Below the pieces are notes generated by a model. That model did not search any database and was not told where the DNA came from. It was given only the letters and a program-made list of their open reading frames with translations. Below, in pieces: positions 32,154 to 41,824 of a DNA stretch of 64,000 nt; positions within the stretch are counted from its first letter, which is position 1; every line of letters begins with the position of its first letter. Source of the DNA: Chitinophagaceae bacterium (GTDB lineage Bacteria; Bacteroidota; Bacteroidia; Chitinophagales; Chitinophagaceae); the NCBI GenBank assembly GCA_947488765.1, contig CANLAE010000009.1:26045-90044 (forward strand), in the 5' to 3' direction. A program made the position numbers and the translations under genes.

Positions 32154-32299
32154 ATATTACTAATATTCAAAAGTAAGAATTTACTCAGTATGTTGCATTT
32201 TAATTTCTAGAAACTGCAATATCAACACAAAGAATGCATTTTGATTTTTTTTTCAGATATTTACCACCTTTTTAGCACTTTTATATCGAAAACAAACAC

Positions 32300-33289
32300 A
32301 TGAATAAAATTACCGCAGCTATTACCGCAATTGGAGGATATGTCCCCGAAACAATACTTACGAATGCAGAATTGGAAAAAATGGTAGATACCAATGATGA
32401 ATGGATAAAAACTCGCACAGGAATTAGTGAAAGAAGAATTTTAAAAGAACCAGGAAAAGCAACAAGCGATTTGGCTGCCCCTGCAATACAAGAAATATTA
32501 GCTAAAAAAAATCTAGATCCAACTGAAATAGACTGTATAATCTGTGCTACTGTAACTCCGGATATGGTTTTTCCGGCCACAGCAAATATTGTTGCCGATA
32601 AAATAGGAGCTGTAAATGCTTGGGGTTTTGATTTAAATGCTGCTTGTAGTGGTTTTTTATATGCACTTACAACGGGTGCTAGTTTCATTGAGAGTGGACG
32701 ATATAAAAAAGTAATAGTGGTTGGTGCAGATAAAATGAGTGCTATTGTAGACTATACTGACAGAAATACTTGTATTCTATTTGGTGATGGCGCTGGAGCA
32801 GTATTGTTAGAAGCTGATACAAATGGTTTTGGAATTCAGGATAGTTTATTAAAAAGTGATGGCAGCGGAAGAGATTTTCTGCACATGAAAGCGGGTGGTT
32901 CATTAAGGCCGGCAACCGTTGAAACCGTTATGGCAAAGGAACATTACGCTTTTCAGGAAGGGAAAACTGTTTTTAAATTTGCAGTAAAAGGAATGGCAGA
33001 TGTTAGTGCTGAACTTTTAGAAAAAAACAATTTAACTGGCAACGATATTGCATGGCTTGTGCCACATCAGGCAAATCTTAGAATTATTGATGCAACTGCA
33101 GACCGTATGGGAATTAGCAAAGAAAAAGTAATGATTAATATTCAACGATACGGTAATACAACAGCTGCAACTATTCCTTTGTGTTTGTGGGAATGGGAAA
33201 GCCAATTGAAAAAAGGCGACAATTTAGTATTTGCTGCATTCGGTGGAGGATTTACCTGGGGCGCAACCTTAGTTAAATGGGCTTATTAG
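32300..33289 (+). CDS. fabH: Beta-ketoacyl-ACP synthase III
   Basis: 329 aa. Active-site AACSGF, HQAN and GNTTAATIP motifs of FabH. Confidence 0.95.
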   Translation: MNKITAAITAIGGYVPETILTNAELEKMVDTNDEWIKTRTGISERRILKEPGKATSDLAAPAIQEILAKKNLDPTEIDCIICATVTPDMVFPATANIVADKIGAVNAWGFDLNAACSGFLYALTTGASFIESGRYKKVIVVGADKMSAIVDYTDRNTCILFGDGAGAVLLEADTNGFGIQDSLLKSDGSGRDFLHMKAGGSLRPATVETVMAKEHYAFQEGKTVFKFAVKGMADVSAELLEKNNLTGNDIAWLVPHQANLRIIDATADRMGISKEKVMINIQRYGNTTAATIPLCLWEWESQLKKGDNLVFAAFGGGFTWGATLVKWAY

Positions 33290-33485
33290 CCATTCGATTT
33301 TCTTGTAAAATTTTGTGAATGTTGATTCATGATTTTTGTCTAAACATTAGCTTACCAAGCTTTTTTTAATTGGTGATATAGGATACTTTCGCAAGTATCA
33401 ATATTAAATTAGTCAAACAAAAAATAGTGTTCTAATTTTTAATTACAAACTTTTGAAGACTACTACATTATAAAAAAATCAACAA

Positions 33486-33920
33486 ATGAAAGCTACTATT
33501 TTACTATTCAGCCTTACTTTTTCATTTTTTTCTTTTGCACAAAAAGATCCGGTAGAGCGGATTTGGATGAGTGCCGAAAAAACTTCAAAAATTGAAATAT
33601 ACAAGGCAGTTGATGGAAATTTTTATGGCAAGGTTATTTGGCTGAAAGAACCGAATGATAAAAAAGGCAAGCCTAAATTGGATCAACAAAATAAAGATGA
33701 AAAACAAAGAAACCAGCCCATTATGGGGTTGTTGATTATAAAAAAGTTTAAAAAAAGTGCATCTGTCAACGAGTACGAAGAAGGTACTGTATATGACCCC
33801 AACAATGGCAAAACTTATTGTGCAAAACTTACCTTAAATGGGAAAGAACTTAAACTGCACGGATTTATTTGTGGCTTCACTTGGTTGGGAAGAAATACAA
33901 CCTGGACATTGGTTGAATAG
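33486..33920 (+). CDS. DUF2147 domain-containing secreted protein
   Basis: 144 aa with a signal peptide. YGKVIWL...DQQNKDEKQRNQPIMGL...GTVYDPNNGKTY...LKLHGF pattern is characteristic of DUF2147. Confidence 0.75.
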   Translation: MKATILLFSLTFSFFSFAQKDPVERIWMSAEKTSKIEIYKAVDGNFYGKVIWLKEPNDKKGKPKLDQQNKDEKQRNQPIMGLLIIKKFKKSASVNEYEEGTVYDPNNGKTYCAKLTLNGKELKLHGFICGFTWLGRNTTWTLVE

Positions 33921-33933
33921 GATTGATAACTTC

Positions 33934-34164
33934 TTATAATAAACAATCAATCTGCTTCGCTAAGTCATAATCTTTTTGAGTAACAATATTACCCGCATCG
34001 TGTGTTTGTAACCATATTTCAACGGTATTCCAAACATTACTCCAGTAAGGATGATGATTCAATCTTTCTGCTTCAATTGCAACCCTTGTCATGAAAGCAA
34101 ATGCCTCTGAAAAATTTTTAAATGTAAATTTTTTATAGAGTTGATTGTTTTGTTCTGTCCACAT
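33934..34164 (-). CDS. 4a-hydroxytetrahydrobiopterin dehydratase (PCD/DCoH family)
   Basis: The track ORF extends to a TTG at 34191. ATG at 34162-34164 (MWTEQNN...) is the likelier start. The AERLNHHPYW...V...L.THD core is the PCD signature. Confidence 0.85.
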   Translation of the reverse strand: MWTEQNNQLYKKFTFKNFSEAFAFMTRVAIEAERLNHHPYWSNVWNTVEIWLQTHDAGNIVTQKDYDLAKQIDCLL

Positions 34165-34191
34165 AAGATAATTTTTTAAAAATATTATCAA

Positions 34192-34626
34192 TTAAAAAAC
34201 CATGTTTCCCTTGTTCTTAATTTGCTCAATATTTAGTTCTGCTACCATTTGAACGCCGGTTACATTTTTGATGGCTTGTTTTATCCAGTCGCATTTTTCA
34301 TCATCCACAGAATCGCCTTTCATTAGCCACAAAAAATCAATATGCTTAAACTCTGGTAATAAATATTCACCATCGTATTGATTGTGGTATAAATAATGCA
34401 CCAAAAAACTATTGGCTTCCTGCCATTCGTAGATATTGAAAAAATAATTGCGTTCTTTTTTCTTTACATGAATTTCATTGTCGGGATTTAAACGAAAATT
34501 AAAGCCCATCATTTTATTCAGTTGCCAACACAATTGAAAATTTTTTAAAGGCGCTGTGATGCCCAACAGTCTTGTTGTTTCAAAGAAGTCATCATTAAGT
34601 GAATCTATGTCTAATTTTAACTTCAT
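34192..34626 (-). CDS. IPExxxVDY family protein (function unknown, Bacteroidota-specific)
   Basis: 144 aa. LLGITAP...CWQLN N-terminal block and LPEFKHIDFLW, which fits the (I/L)PExxx(V/I)D(Y/F) name motif. Confidence 0.6.
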   Translation of the reverse strand: MKLKLDIDSLNDDFFETTRLLGITAPLKNFQLCWQLNKMMGFNFRLNPDNEIHVKKKERNYFFNIYEWQEANSFLVHYLYHNQYDGEYLLPEFKHIDFLWLMKGDSVDDEKCDWIKQAIKNVTGVQMVAELNIEQIKNKGNMVF

Positions 34627-34673
34627 GGTTCAATCAATTGTAAAATAGTTGCTGAGAAATAAAATATTAAATT

Positions 34674-36329
34674 TTAAAAAACGATGTCAAATTGTTGTTC
34701 GCCATCACCACGTTTTATTTTCAATTGTGTGGTATCGCCTTTTTTAAACTTGCTCAACGTTTGCATATAGCTCATCACATCAACAAATTTATATTCTCCT
34801 AATTGCAAAATAATATCACCTGTTTGCAAGCCAATTTTTTCAGCTAATTTACCCGCACTAATTCCATCAACCCTTACGCCTGTTCCGTTGTATCCATAAT
34901 CGGGAATGATGCCTAAGCTTACGGTAAATTTGCTTTTACCCATTTGAGTTTCAACAGTTTTTGTAAACAACAATTTTCCTTTCTTGTCTGTACTTTGTAT
35001 AATTTGATATGTGTATTGAACAATATTTTTAATCCCATCATAATTAATTTTATCCCAATCATCTGTCGCCTTGTGGTAATCTGGATGACTGCCGGTAAAG
35101 AAAAATAATACCGGAATATTTGCCCTATAAAATGAAGCATGATCACTAGGGCCGCTACCAGTGCTGTCAAATTTCACAACTAATTTATTGCTCACACTAT
35201 TACTGAAAACATCTGCCCAAACTGGCGAAGTTCCATAGCCACCAATTGTAAGTTTATGTGTAGTATCATATCTGCCAACCATATCCATGTTAATCATGTA
35301 ATTGGGTGTAATCTGAATGCTCGGATTTTCTATCCAATACTTGCTACCAAAGAGTCCCAACTCTTCTCCGCTAAAATGAATAAAGAGATAATTGTTATTT
35401 TTCGGTCCCGATTGTTTTAACTTTTTTGCAAGTTCAATTACAGCAGCAGTTCCACTTGCATTGTCATCTGCCCCATTATGAATTACATGTCCGGTGTCTA
35501 AAGCGTTTTTATCTTCTCCATAACCCAAGTGGTCATAATGCGCACCAATAATAACGGTATTTGTAGCCTTATTATCTATAAATGCAATTACATTTTTTCC
35601 TATTCGTTTATGTTCTTCTAATACTACTTCCAATTCTACTTCAATCGTAGCAGACAAGTCTTTTAAAAACTTTTTTTGTCCAGCAGCTGTGATGTAAATC
35701 AATGGTATTTCTGTAGTTGCGCTTTTATCATTTTTATTGAATAAAATATTATCTGTTGTAGCTGAGGAATTAAAAACAAATAATGCTGTTGCACCTTTTT
35801 TAGCAACAATAGTTGTTTGCTCTTTCAGCAGAGATTCAATATCAAAATGCGGATTGGATTTATTGGTTTCCAATGCATCTTTCACATCAAAAAACCAAGG
35901 CTGATTGGCTTCATTCAATGCAATTGCTGGCATTCCATGTACTTTTCCATTTCTGCTAATTGCAAGCGGAAAAAAATCTGTTTGTACAATTGCTAAAACA
36001 TGATTAATTTTTAAAAAAGTTGCAGCCGTAATTTGTTTGCCTTCATTAATTTCAAAATTTTGGATATAGCCTTTTGTTCCTTTGGCTTCAATGCCGTTAA
36101 GTGCATACTGATCTGAGATATAATTCATGGCAATCGTTTCTCCCTTTGTGCCTGTGCGTCTGCCTTCCAGGATGTCAGCTGCTAAGTATTGCACATGATG
36201 ATGCAGGTTGTTAACTAATACTATTGCAGACTTTTGATCTGCCTCCATCAACAATTTTAATTGCTTCTTTTTATTTTGTGCCATGATGCCTGTAGGAAGC
36301 ATTAGTAACAACAAAGTCCATTTATACAT
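34674..36329 (-). CDS. M28 family zinc aminopeptidase with C-terminal PDZ domain
   Basis: 551 aa with a signal peptide. M28 metal-ligand blocks HYDHLG, GADDNASGTAAVIELA and SGEELGLFGS. The C-terminal GISAGKLAEKIGLQTGDIILQLG is PDZ-like. Confidence 0.85.
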   Translation of the reverse strand: MYKWTLLLLMLPTGIMAQNKKKQLKLLMEADQKSAIVLVNNLHHHVQYLAADILEGRRTGTKGETIAMNYISDQYALNGIEAKGTKGYIQNFEINEGKQITAATFLKINHVLAIVQTDFFPLAISRNGKVHGMPAIALNEANQPWFFDVKDALETNKSNPHFDIESLLKEQTTIVAKKGATALFVFNSSATTDNILFNKNDKSATTEIPLIYITAAGQKKFLKDLSATIEVELEVVLEEHKRIGKNVIAFIDNKATNTVIIGAHYDHLGYGEDKNALDTGHVIHNGADDNASGTAAVIELAKKLKQSGPKNNNYLFIHFSGEELGLFGSKYWIENPSIQITPNYMINMDMVGRYDTTHKLTIGGYGTSPVWADVFSNSVSNKLVVKFDSTGSGPSDHASFYRANIPVLFFFTGSHPDYHKATDDWDKINYDGIKNIVQYTYQIIQSTDKKGKLLFTKTVETQMGKSKFTVSLGIIPDYGYNGTGVRVDGISAGKLAEKIGLQTGDIILQLGEYKFVDVMSYMQTLSKFKKGDTTQLKIKRGDGEQQFDIVF

Positions 36330-36459
36330 GAAACTAATTTATACAAAAATAAGTATTAACCAATCTTCAATACTGAAGTAAATTTCTTTGTTTTCTTATT
36401 CTCTTCCTAATATCGTAACCAAGTACCAAACTGCACTTTTACATTTGTTGCTATTCAAC

Positions 36460-38577
36460 ATGTTAACGAAAAAAAATTTCAATATTGCATTAGTAGGCAA
36501 TCCAAATTGTGGGAAGAGTACTTTATTCAATACACTAACCGGATTGCACCAAAAAACAGGAAATTTTCCTGGCGTTACAGTTGATAAAAAAACTGGAACA
36601 ATTTTATTTCAAGACAATTATTCTGCAACATTAATCGATTTGCCTGGCACTTATTCATTGTACCCTAGACGTTCAGATGAATGGGTAGCTTATAAAGTGC
36701 TGATGAATAATGATGTTGAAATTACTGCCGATGTTGTTTTGCTGGTGGTAGATGCAAGCAACTTAAAAAGAAACTTACTTTTTTGTACACAAATATTAGA
36801 TCTTCATATTCCTGTTGTTGTGGCATTAAGTATGAATGATATTGCTGCAAAAAAAGGAATTAAAATTGATATTGAAGGATTAGAGACTGAGTTGGGTGTT
36901 CCGGTAATTGAAGTAAACCCAAGAATAAATAAAGGATTGGCGCAGCTGAAAAAAATGTTACAACTAGTAGCCAATCAACCAAAGAAAAAACTACAAAGAG
37001 ATTTTATTAATAATAAAAATTTAGCGCCGCATAGTATTGAGCAAATACAAAATATAATGCCGATGCTGAATGATTACACTAGCATTCATTATCTTATCAA
37101 TCATCAGGCATTTCCATTGGATGAAGATGTCCAAGTGGCAATTGAAAAAATTGAAGAATCTACCAAATTTAATGCTACCAAAACCCAGGCAGAAGAAGTA
37201 CTTCAGAGATACCAACGGATTAAATTAATCATGCAACAACATGTTTTGGAACCGGATCCATTGGAGCAAAAATTATTTACAGATAAACTAGATGATTTGC
37301 TATTGCACAAGACATGGGGTTACCTAATCCTATTGATAGTTTTATTTGTTTTATTTCAAAGTGTATTTTGGATTGCACAATATCCAATGGATGGAATTGA
37401 AGCTTCTTTCAAACACATTGGAACTTATTTAAACGCTTATTTCCCCAAAGCTTGGTGGAGTAATTTATTGGTAAATGGTTTTGTTGCAGGGCTGAGCGGC
37501 ATATTGGTTTTTGTTCCTCAGATTATGATATTGTTTGGGATGATAACTATACTAGAAGATACTGGATACATGGCAAGAATCAGTTTTTTAAGCGACAGAT
37601 TAATGCGTAAAGTTGGACTCAATGGGAAAAGCGTAATGCCTATGATCAGTGGGTTTGCTTGTGCTGTCCCTGCAATTATGAGTACAAGAAATATCGAAAA
37701 TAAAAAGGAAAGATTGCTTACAATTTTAGTTACGCCACTAATGAGTTGCAGTGCAAGATTGCCAGTTTATACAATTTTAATTTCATTAGTTATTCCATCT
37801 CAATATTATTTTGGATTTTTAAGTTTACAAGGATTGGTGATGATGGCTTTGTACTTATTAGGCACTGTAATGGCTCTGCTTGTGAGCTTTGTTTTAAAGC
37901 ATTTTATAAAAACAAATGAAAAAAGTTTTTTCATTTTAGAGCTGCCAATTTACAGAAATCCACGCTGGAAAAATGTTGCCCTAACAATGGTAAGTAAAGC
38001 CAAAATATTTGTTACAGATGCGGGTAAAGTAATCATGATAATTAGTTTGCTTTTGTGGTTTTTAAGCAATTTCGGACCCGGAGAAAATATAAAAAATATA
38101 CAGTCAAAATATGAAACAGTAGCACAACAATATCCCAATGCAATAGATTCTGTACAAAGACAATTGAACATTGAAAAATTGCAGCATTCTTATGCAGGAA
38201 TTTTAGGAAAAGTGATAGAGCCCGCTATTCGCCCACTTGGTTACGACTGGAAAATTGGCATTGCCATTATTACTTCATTTGCGGCAAGAGAAGTTTTTGT
38301 AGGTACGATGGCAACATTGTACAGCGTTGAAGAAAATGAAGATTCCTCACTTCGTGAAAAAATGAAATCCGCTAAACATGCCGATGGAAGTCCTGTATAT
38401 ACTTTGGCTGCCGGATTATCTTTAATGGTATTTTATGTTTTGGCAATGCAATGTATGAGCACATTAGCCGTTGTAAAACGAGAAACAAAATCTTGGAAAT
38501 GGCCATTGTTTCAATTATTTTACATGACTACACTTGCTTATCTGATGAGCTGGAGTATTTATCAACTTTTTAGTTAG
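36460..38577 (+). CDS. feoB: Ferrous iron transporter FeoB
   Basis: The track ORF starts at 36388, but ATG at 36460 (MLTKKNFNIALVGNPNCGKSTLFN) places the G1 P-loop at the usual position. DLPG (G3) follows, then a polytopic membrane domain. No FeoA-like ORF is adjacent. Confidence 0.9.
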   Translation: MLTKKNFNIALVGNPNCGKSTLFNTLTGLHQKTGNFPGVTVDKKTGTILFQDNYSATLIDLPGTYSLYPRRSDEWVAYKVLMNNDVEITADVVLLVVDASNLKRNLLFCTQILDLHIPVVVALSMNDIAAKKGIKIDIEGLETELGVPVIEVNPRINKGLAQLKKMLQLVANQPKKKLQRDFINNKNLAPHSIEQIQNIMPMLNDYTSIHYLINHQAFPLDEDVQVAIEKIEESTKFNATKTQAEEVLQRYQRIKLIMQQHVLEPDPLEQKLFTDKLDDLLLHKTWGYLILLIVLFVLFQSVFWIAQYPMDGIEASFKHIGTYLNAYFPKAWWSNLLVNGFVAGLSGILVFVPQIMILFGMITILEDTGYMARISFLSDRLMRKVGLNGKSVMPMISGFACAVPAIMSTRNIENKKERLLTILVTPLMSCSARLPVYTILISLVIPSQYYFGFLSLQGLVMMALYLLGTVMALLVSFVLKHFIKTNEKSFFILELPIYRNPRWKNVALTMVSKAKIFVTDAGKVIMIISLLLWFLSNFGPGENIKNIQSKYETVAQQYPNAIDSVQRQLNIEKLQHSYAGILGKVIEPAIRPLGYDWKIGIAIITSFAAREVFVGTMATLYSVEENEDSSLREKMKSAKHADGSPVYTLAAGLSLMVFYVLAMQCMSTLAVVKRETKSWKWPLFQLFYMTTLAYLMSWSIYQLFS

Positions 38578-38693
38578 GTAATTGATTAATTTAGAAATTA
38601 ATTCTTACAAAAATTCATTTCTGCAATAGTTCAGATCTTAACTATATAAAACACTTTTATATCAACCACTTCATCTGCTTATGATTAAAAAAA

Positions 38694-41495
38694 CTACACT
38701 ACTATATTAATCATTTTATTTTTTACAAAAATAATTTTCTTGGGTTGTTTGCCTTCTAACCATTTTTGTACAATATCATTTGCGAGAACAACAAGCTCAA
38801 TATCTTTTTGCTCTGCATCTAATGGAAATGTAAGTGTGGTGCGCATTTTGCCATTAATGCTTATCGGGTATTCTTTGTCACTTTCGGTTGTGTAATTGGC
38901 ATTGTAATTCGGATAAGTTGCATCTAAAATACTTGTGCTATTTCCAACTGCCGCCCATAATTCTTCTGCAATATGCGGTGCGTAAGGTGCCAACAAAATC
39001 AACACTTGTTCCAACACTTCTTTTTTGTGACATTTTAAATCTGCTAGTTCATTGATACAAACCATGAATGCGGAAACTGCTGTGTTGTAAGAAAATCGTT
39101 CGGTATCGTCATCAATTTTTTTGATGGTTTTATGCAGGGCTTTTAATTCTTCGGGCGTTGCTTTTTCAATGTTCCAAATAGCTTTGCCTTCAATGGGTTG
39201 ATTGTCTTTAAAAGTTATATCGCTGTAAAACAAACGCCATAGTTTTTTTAAGAAACGATGAACGCCTTCAATACCTTTGGTATCCCATGGTTTGCTTTGT
39301 TCGATTGGTCCTAAAAACATTTCATACATACGGAAAGTATCTGCACCAAATTTTTCAACAACATCATCAGGATTGTCTACATTGAATTTTGACTTAGACA
39401 TTTTTTCAGACTCTTCAATAACATAAATAAACTCATCGCCTTTTTCATCTTTAAGCCATTCGCCAATTGAATATGATGGTTCCTCAATTAAGCCTTCTTT
39501 GATTTTTTCTTCAAAAACATTTCGATATAATCTATTGGAACTATCAACAAATTGATGCCCATATTTTAACCTCGGGTTTACATTATATTCTTTTCCTTTT
39601 TCGGCTGATACAATTTGATGTGTGCCGTTATCCTGAATTGCAGTTCCAAAGAAGTAAGACTTACCGGTTATCATTCCCTGATTCAAGAGTTTCTTAAACG
39701 GTTCTTCAAAACCAATATAACCCAAGTCATACAATACTTTCGTCCACATGCGGCTGTACAATAAATGCCCTACTGCATGTTCTGTACCGCCAATATATAC
39801 ATCCACACTATTCCAGTAATCGCTCACTTTTCTGTCAACTAACGATTCATTGTTATGTGGGTCCATGTAACGTAAAAAATACCAAGAAGATCCTGCATAA
39901 CCGGGCATGGTACTTGTTTCTCTTTTACCTTTTGGCGTGTTGATCCACTCAGTAATATTTGCAAGTGGTCCTTCACCTTCAGGACCCGGACCATATTTTT
40001 CAACATGTGGTAATTGCAAAGGCAATTCATTTTCCTGTAAAGGTTTTGCAATACCGTTTTCCCAGATAATAGGAAATGGTTCGCCCCAATAACGCTGCCT
40101 GCTAAAGCCTGCGTCTCTCATTTTAAAATTTACTTTTCGTTTGCCAATTCCTATTTCTTCGATTTTTGAAATGGCAATACCAATTGCATCTTTCATCAAT
40201 AGCCCATTTAAGAAACCACTGTTTTCCAAAACGGCTTCTTTGGTAGGATTTGCGGCTGTTGCATCGAAATGTTTTCCGATAATATTAGTGATGGGAATAT
40301 TAAAATGTTGGGCAAATTTAAAATCACGTTCATCGCCACAAGGCACAGCCATAATAGCTCCTGTGCCATAACCTGCTAAAACATATTCACTGATCCAAAT
40401 TGGAATTTGTTTGCCATCAAAAGGGTTGATTGCATAAGCACCAGTAAATACACCTGTGATTTTTTTCTCAGCTTGTCGCTCTCTGTCGCTTCTGCTTTTT
40501 ACATACGTGATATAATCCTGAACTGCTTCTTTTTGATTATCGGTTGTAATACTTTCTATCAACTCATGTTCAGGTGCCACAACCATAAAATCTACACCGA
40601 AGATGGTATCGGGGCGGGTGGTGTAAACATTGATGTTGAATGTTGAATGTTGAATGTTGAATGCAATCTCTGCACCTTCACTTTTACCAATCCAGTTGCG
40701 TTGCATTTCTTTCATGCTATCGCTAAAATCCACTGTTTCCAGGCCTTGCAGCAATCTATCGGCATAAGCAGTAATGCGTAAATACCATTGACGCATTTTC
40801 TTTTTTATTACCGGATGTCCGCCACGCTCACTTACCCCATTTACCACTTCGTCATTTGCTAAAACAGTTCCTAAGGCTTCGCACCAATTAACTTCTCCAT
40901 AAGATGAAAAAGCCAATCTGCGTTTCATTAAAATTTCCTCTTTTTCGGCTTCGGAAAAAGCATTCCATTGTTCGGCTGAAAAGCTGCTACCACCTTTGGT
41001 TTCGTATTTTTTTACTAATTCTGAAATAGGTTTGGCTTGTTTGCAACTATTGCAGAAATAGCTGTTGAATAATTCTAAGAATATTTTTTGTGTCCACTTG
41101 TAATAGATGGGATTGCTGGTTTGTACTTCACGTTCCCAATCGTAACAAAAACCAATTTTATCCAACTGATTTTTGAAAGTAGCAATATTTTTTTTAGTTG
41201 TTTCAGCGGGATGTTGGCCTGTTTCAATAGCATATTGTTCGGCAGGTAAACCAAAACTATCAAAACCCATAGGATGCAGTACATTAAAGCCTTTCAGCCT
41301 TTTGTAACGACTGTAAATATCGCTGGCAATGTAGCCTAACGGATGACCTACATGCAAGCCTGCACCGCTTGGATAAGGAAACATATCCAAAACATAAAAC
41401 TTTGGTTTGGAACTTTGATTGGATACCTGATAGGCTTTATCTGCTTTCCATTTTTGTTGCCATTTTTTTTCGATATCTCTGAAACGATAGTCCAT
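38694..41495 (-). CDS. leuS: Leucine--tRNA ligase
   Basis: 933 aa. HVGHPLGY (HIGH), KMSKSK (KMSKS), a CP1 editing domain and TTRPDT motif. Confidence 0.95.
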   Translation of the reverse strand: MDYRFRDIEKKWQQKWKADKAYQVSNQSSKPKFYVLDMFPYPSGAGLHVGHPLGYIASDIYSRYKRLKGFNVLHPMGFDSFGLPAEQYAIETGQHPAETTKKNIATFKNQLDKIGFCYDWEREVQTSNPIYYKWTQKIFLELFNSYFCNSCKQAKPISELVKKYETKGGSSFSAEQWNAFSEAEKEEILMKRRLAFSSYGEVNWCEALGTVLANDEVVNGVSERGGHPVIKKKMRQWYLRITAYADRLLQGLETVDFSDSMKEMQRNWIGKSEGAEIAFNIQHSTFNINVYTTRPDTIFGVDFMVVAPEHELIESITTDNQKEAVQDYITYVKSRSDRERQAEKKITGVFTGAYAINPFDGKQIPIWISEYVLAGYGTGAIMAVPCGDERDFKFAQHFNIPITNIIGKHFDATAANPTKEAVLENSGFLNGLLMKDAIGIAISKIEEIGIGKRKVNFKMRDAGFSRQRYWGEPFPIIWENGIAKPLQENELPLQLPHVEKYGPGPEGEGPLANITEWINTPKGKRETSTMPGYAGSSWYFLRYMDPHNNESLVDRKVSDYWNSVDVYIGGTEHAVGHLLYSRMWTKVLYDLGYIGFEEPFKKLLNQGMITGKSYFFGTAIQDNGTHQIVSAEKGKEYNVNPRLKYGHQFVDSSNRLYRNVFEEKIKEGLIEEPSYSIGEWLKDEKGDEFIYVIEESEKMSKSKFNVDNPDDVVEKFGADTFRMYEMFLGPIEQSKPWDTKGIEGVHRFLKKLWRLFYSDITFKDNQPIEGKAIWNIEKATPEELKALHKTIKKIDDDTERFSYNTAVSAFMVCINELADLKCHKKEVLEQVLILLAPYAPHIAEELWAAVGNSTSILDATYPNYNANYTTESDKEYPISINGKMRTTLTFPLDAEQKDIELVVLANDIVQKWLEGKQPKKIIFVKNKMINIVV
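40630..40663 (-). repeat. Perfect 7-bp tandem repeat (TTCAACA x4 plus partial units) inside leuS
   Basis: The + strand carries TGTTGAA at 40634-40640, 40641-40647, 40648-40654 and 40655-40661, with partial units on both sides. On the minus strand it encodes FNIQHSTFNINV just before VYTTRPDT. Confidence 0.9.
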
Positions 41496-41619
41496 TTATA
41501 TTAAAATTTTATACGAATTATTCGGGTATTAAAATACACAGTAATTGCAAGTTCGTACATTTTTATTTTTTCAAAAAAGCAACTTAGTATTGCTGTCTTG
41601 ATTGGATATATTGTGAACC

Positions 41620-41635
41620 TACAAGTGTGCGACGC
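41620..41635 (+). repeat. Copy 3 of intergenic element, core TACAAGTGTGCGACGC
   Basis: Identical 16-mer to 6729-6744. It lies in the 329-bp divergent leuS/ftsX intergenic region. Confidence 0.6.
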
Positions 41636-41769
41636 CGAGAACGTTGAACTAATTGATACTGCCGGGTTACAAAGATTTAAGATAATAATAAAAAACGTTA
41701 TAACATTTTCTTAACCGTAAACTTATTAGTTTGCCGTAAGTATCTGATTATTTCATTGTTTTCGTGTGT

Positions 41770-41798
41770 GCAAATGTAAGTGATTGCCTTACATTTGC
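41770..41798 (+). promoter_or_regulatory. 11-bp perfect inverted repeat (hairpin or operator) upstream of ftsX
   Basis: GCAAATGTAAG (41770-41780), then TGATTGC, then CTTACATTTGC (41788-41798). It ends 26 nt before the ftsX ATG (41825). No T-run follows, so it is not a classical terminator. Confidence 0.4.
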
Positions 41799-41824
41799 TT
41801 GTTGAAACTCTTAAAATATTAACT

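Noticed and set aside
32281-32688. 135-aa minus-strand ORF opposite fabH
   Set aside because: Antisense shadow of a highly conserved gene, with no motif support.
36388-36459. 24-codon N-terminal extension of feoB in the ORF track (possible FeoA remnant?)
   Set aside because: The extension starts at a non-ATG codon, has no FeoA-like SH3 motif, and pushes the G1 P-loop away from its normal N-terminal position. ATG at 36460 is preferred.
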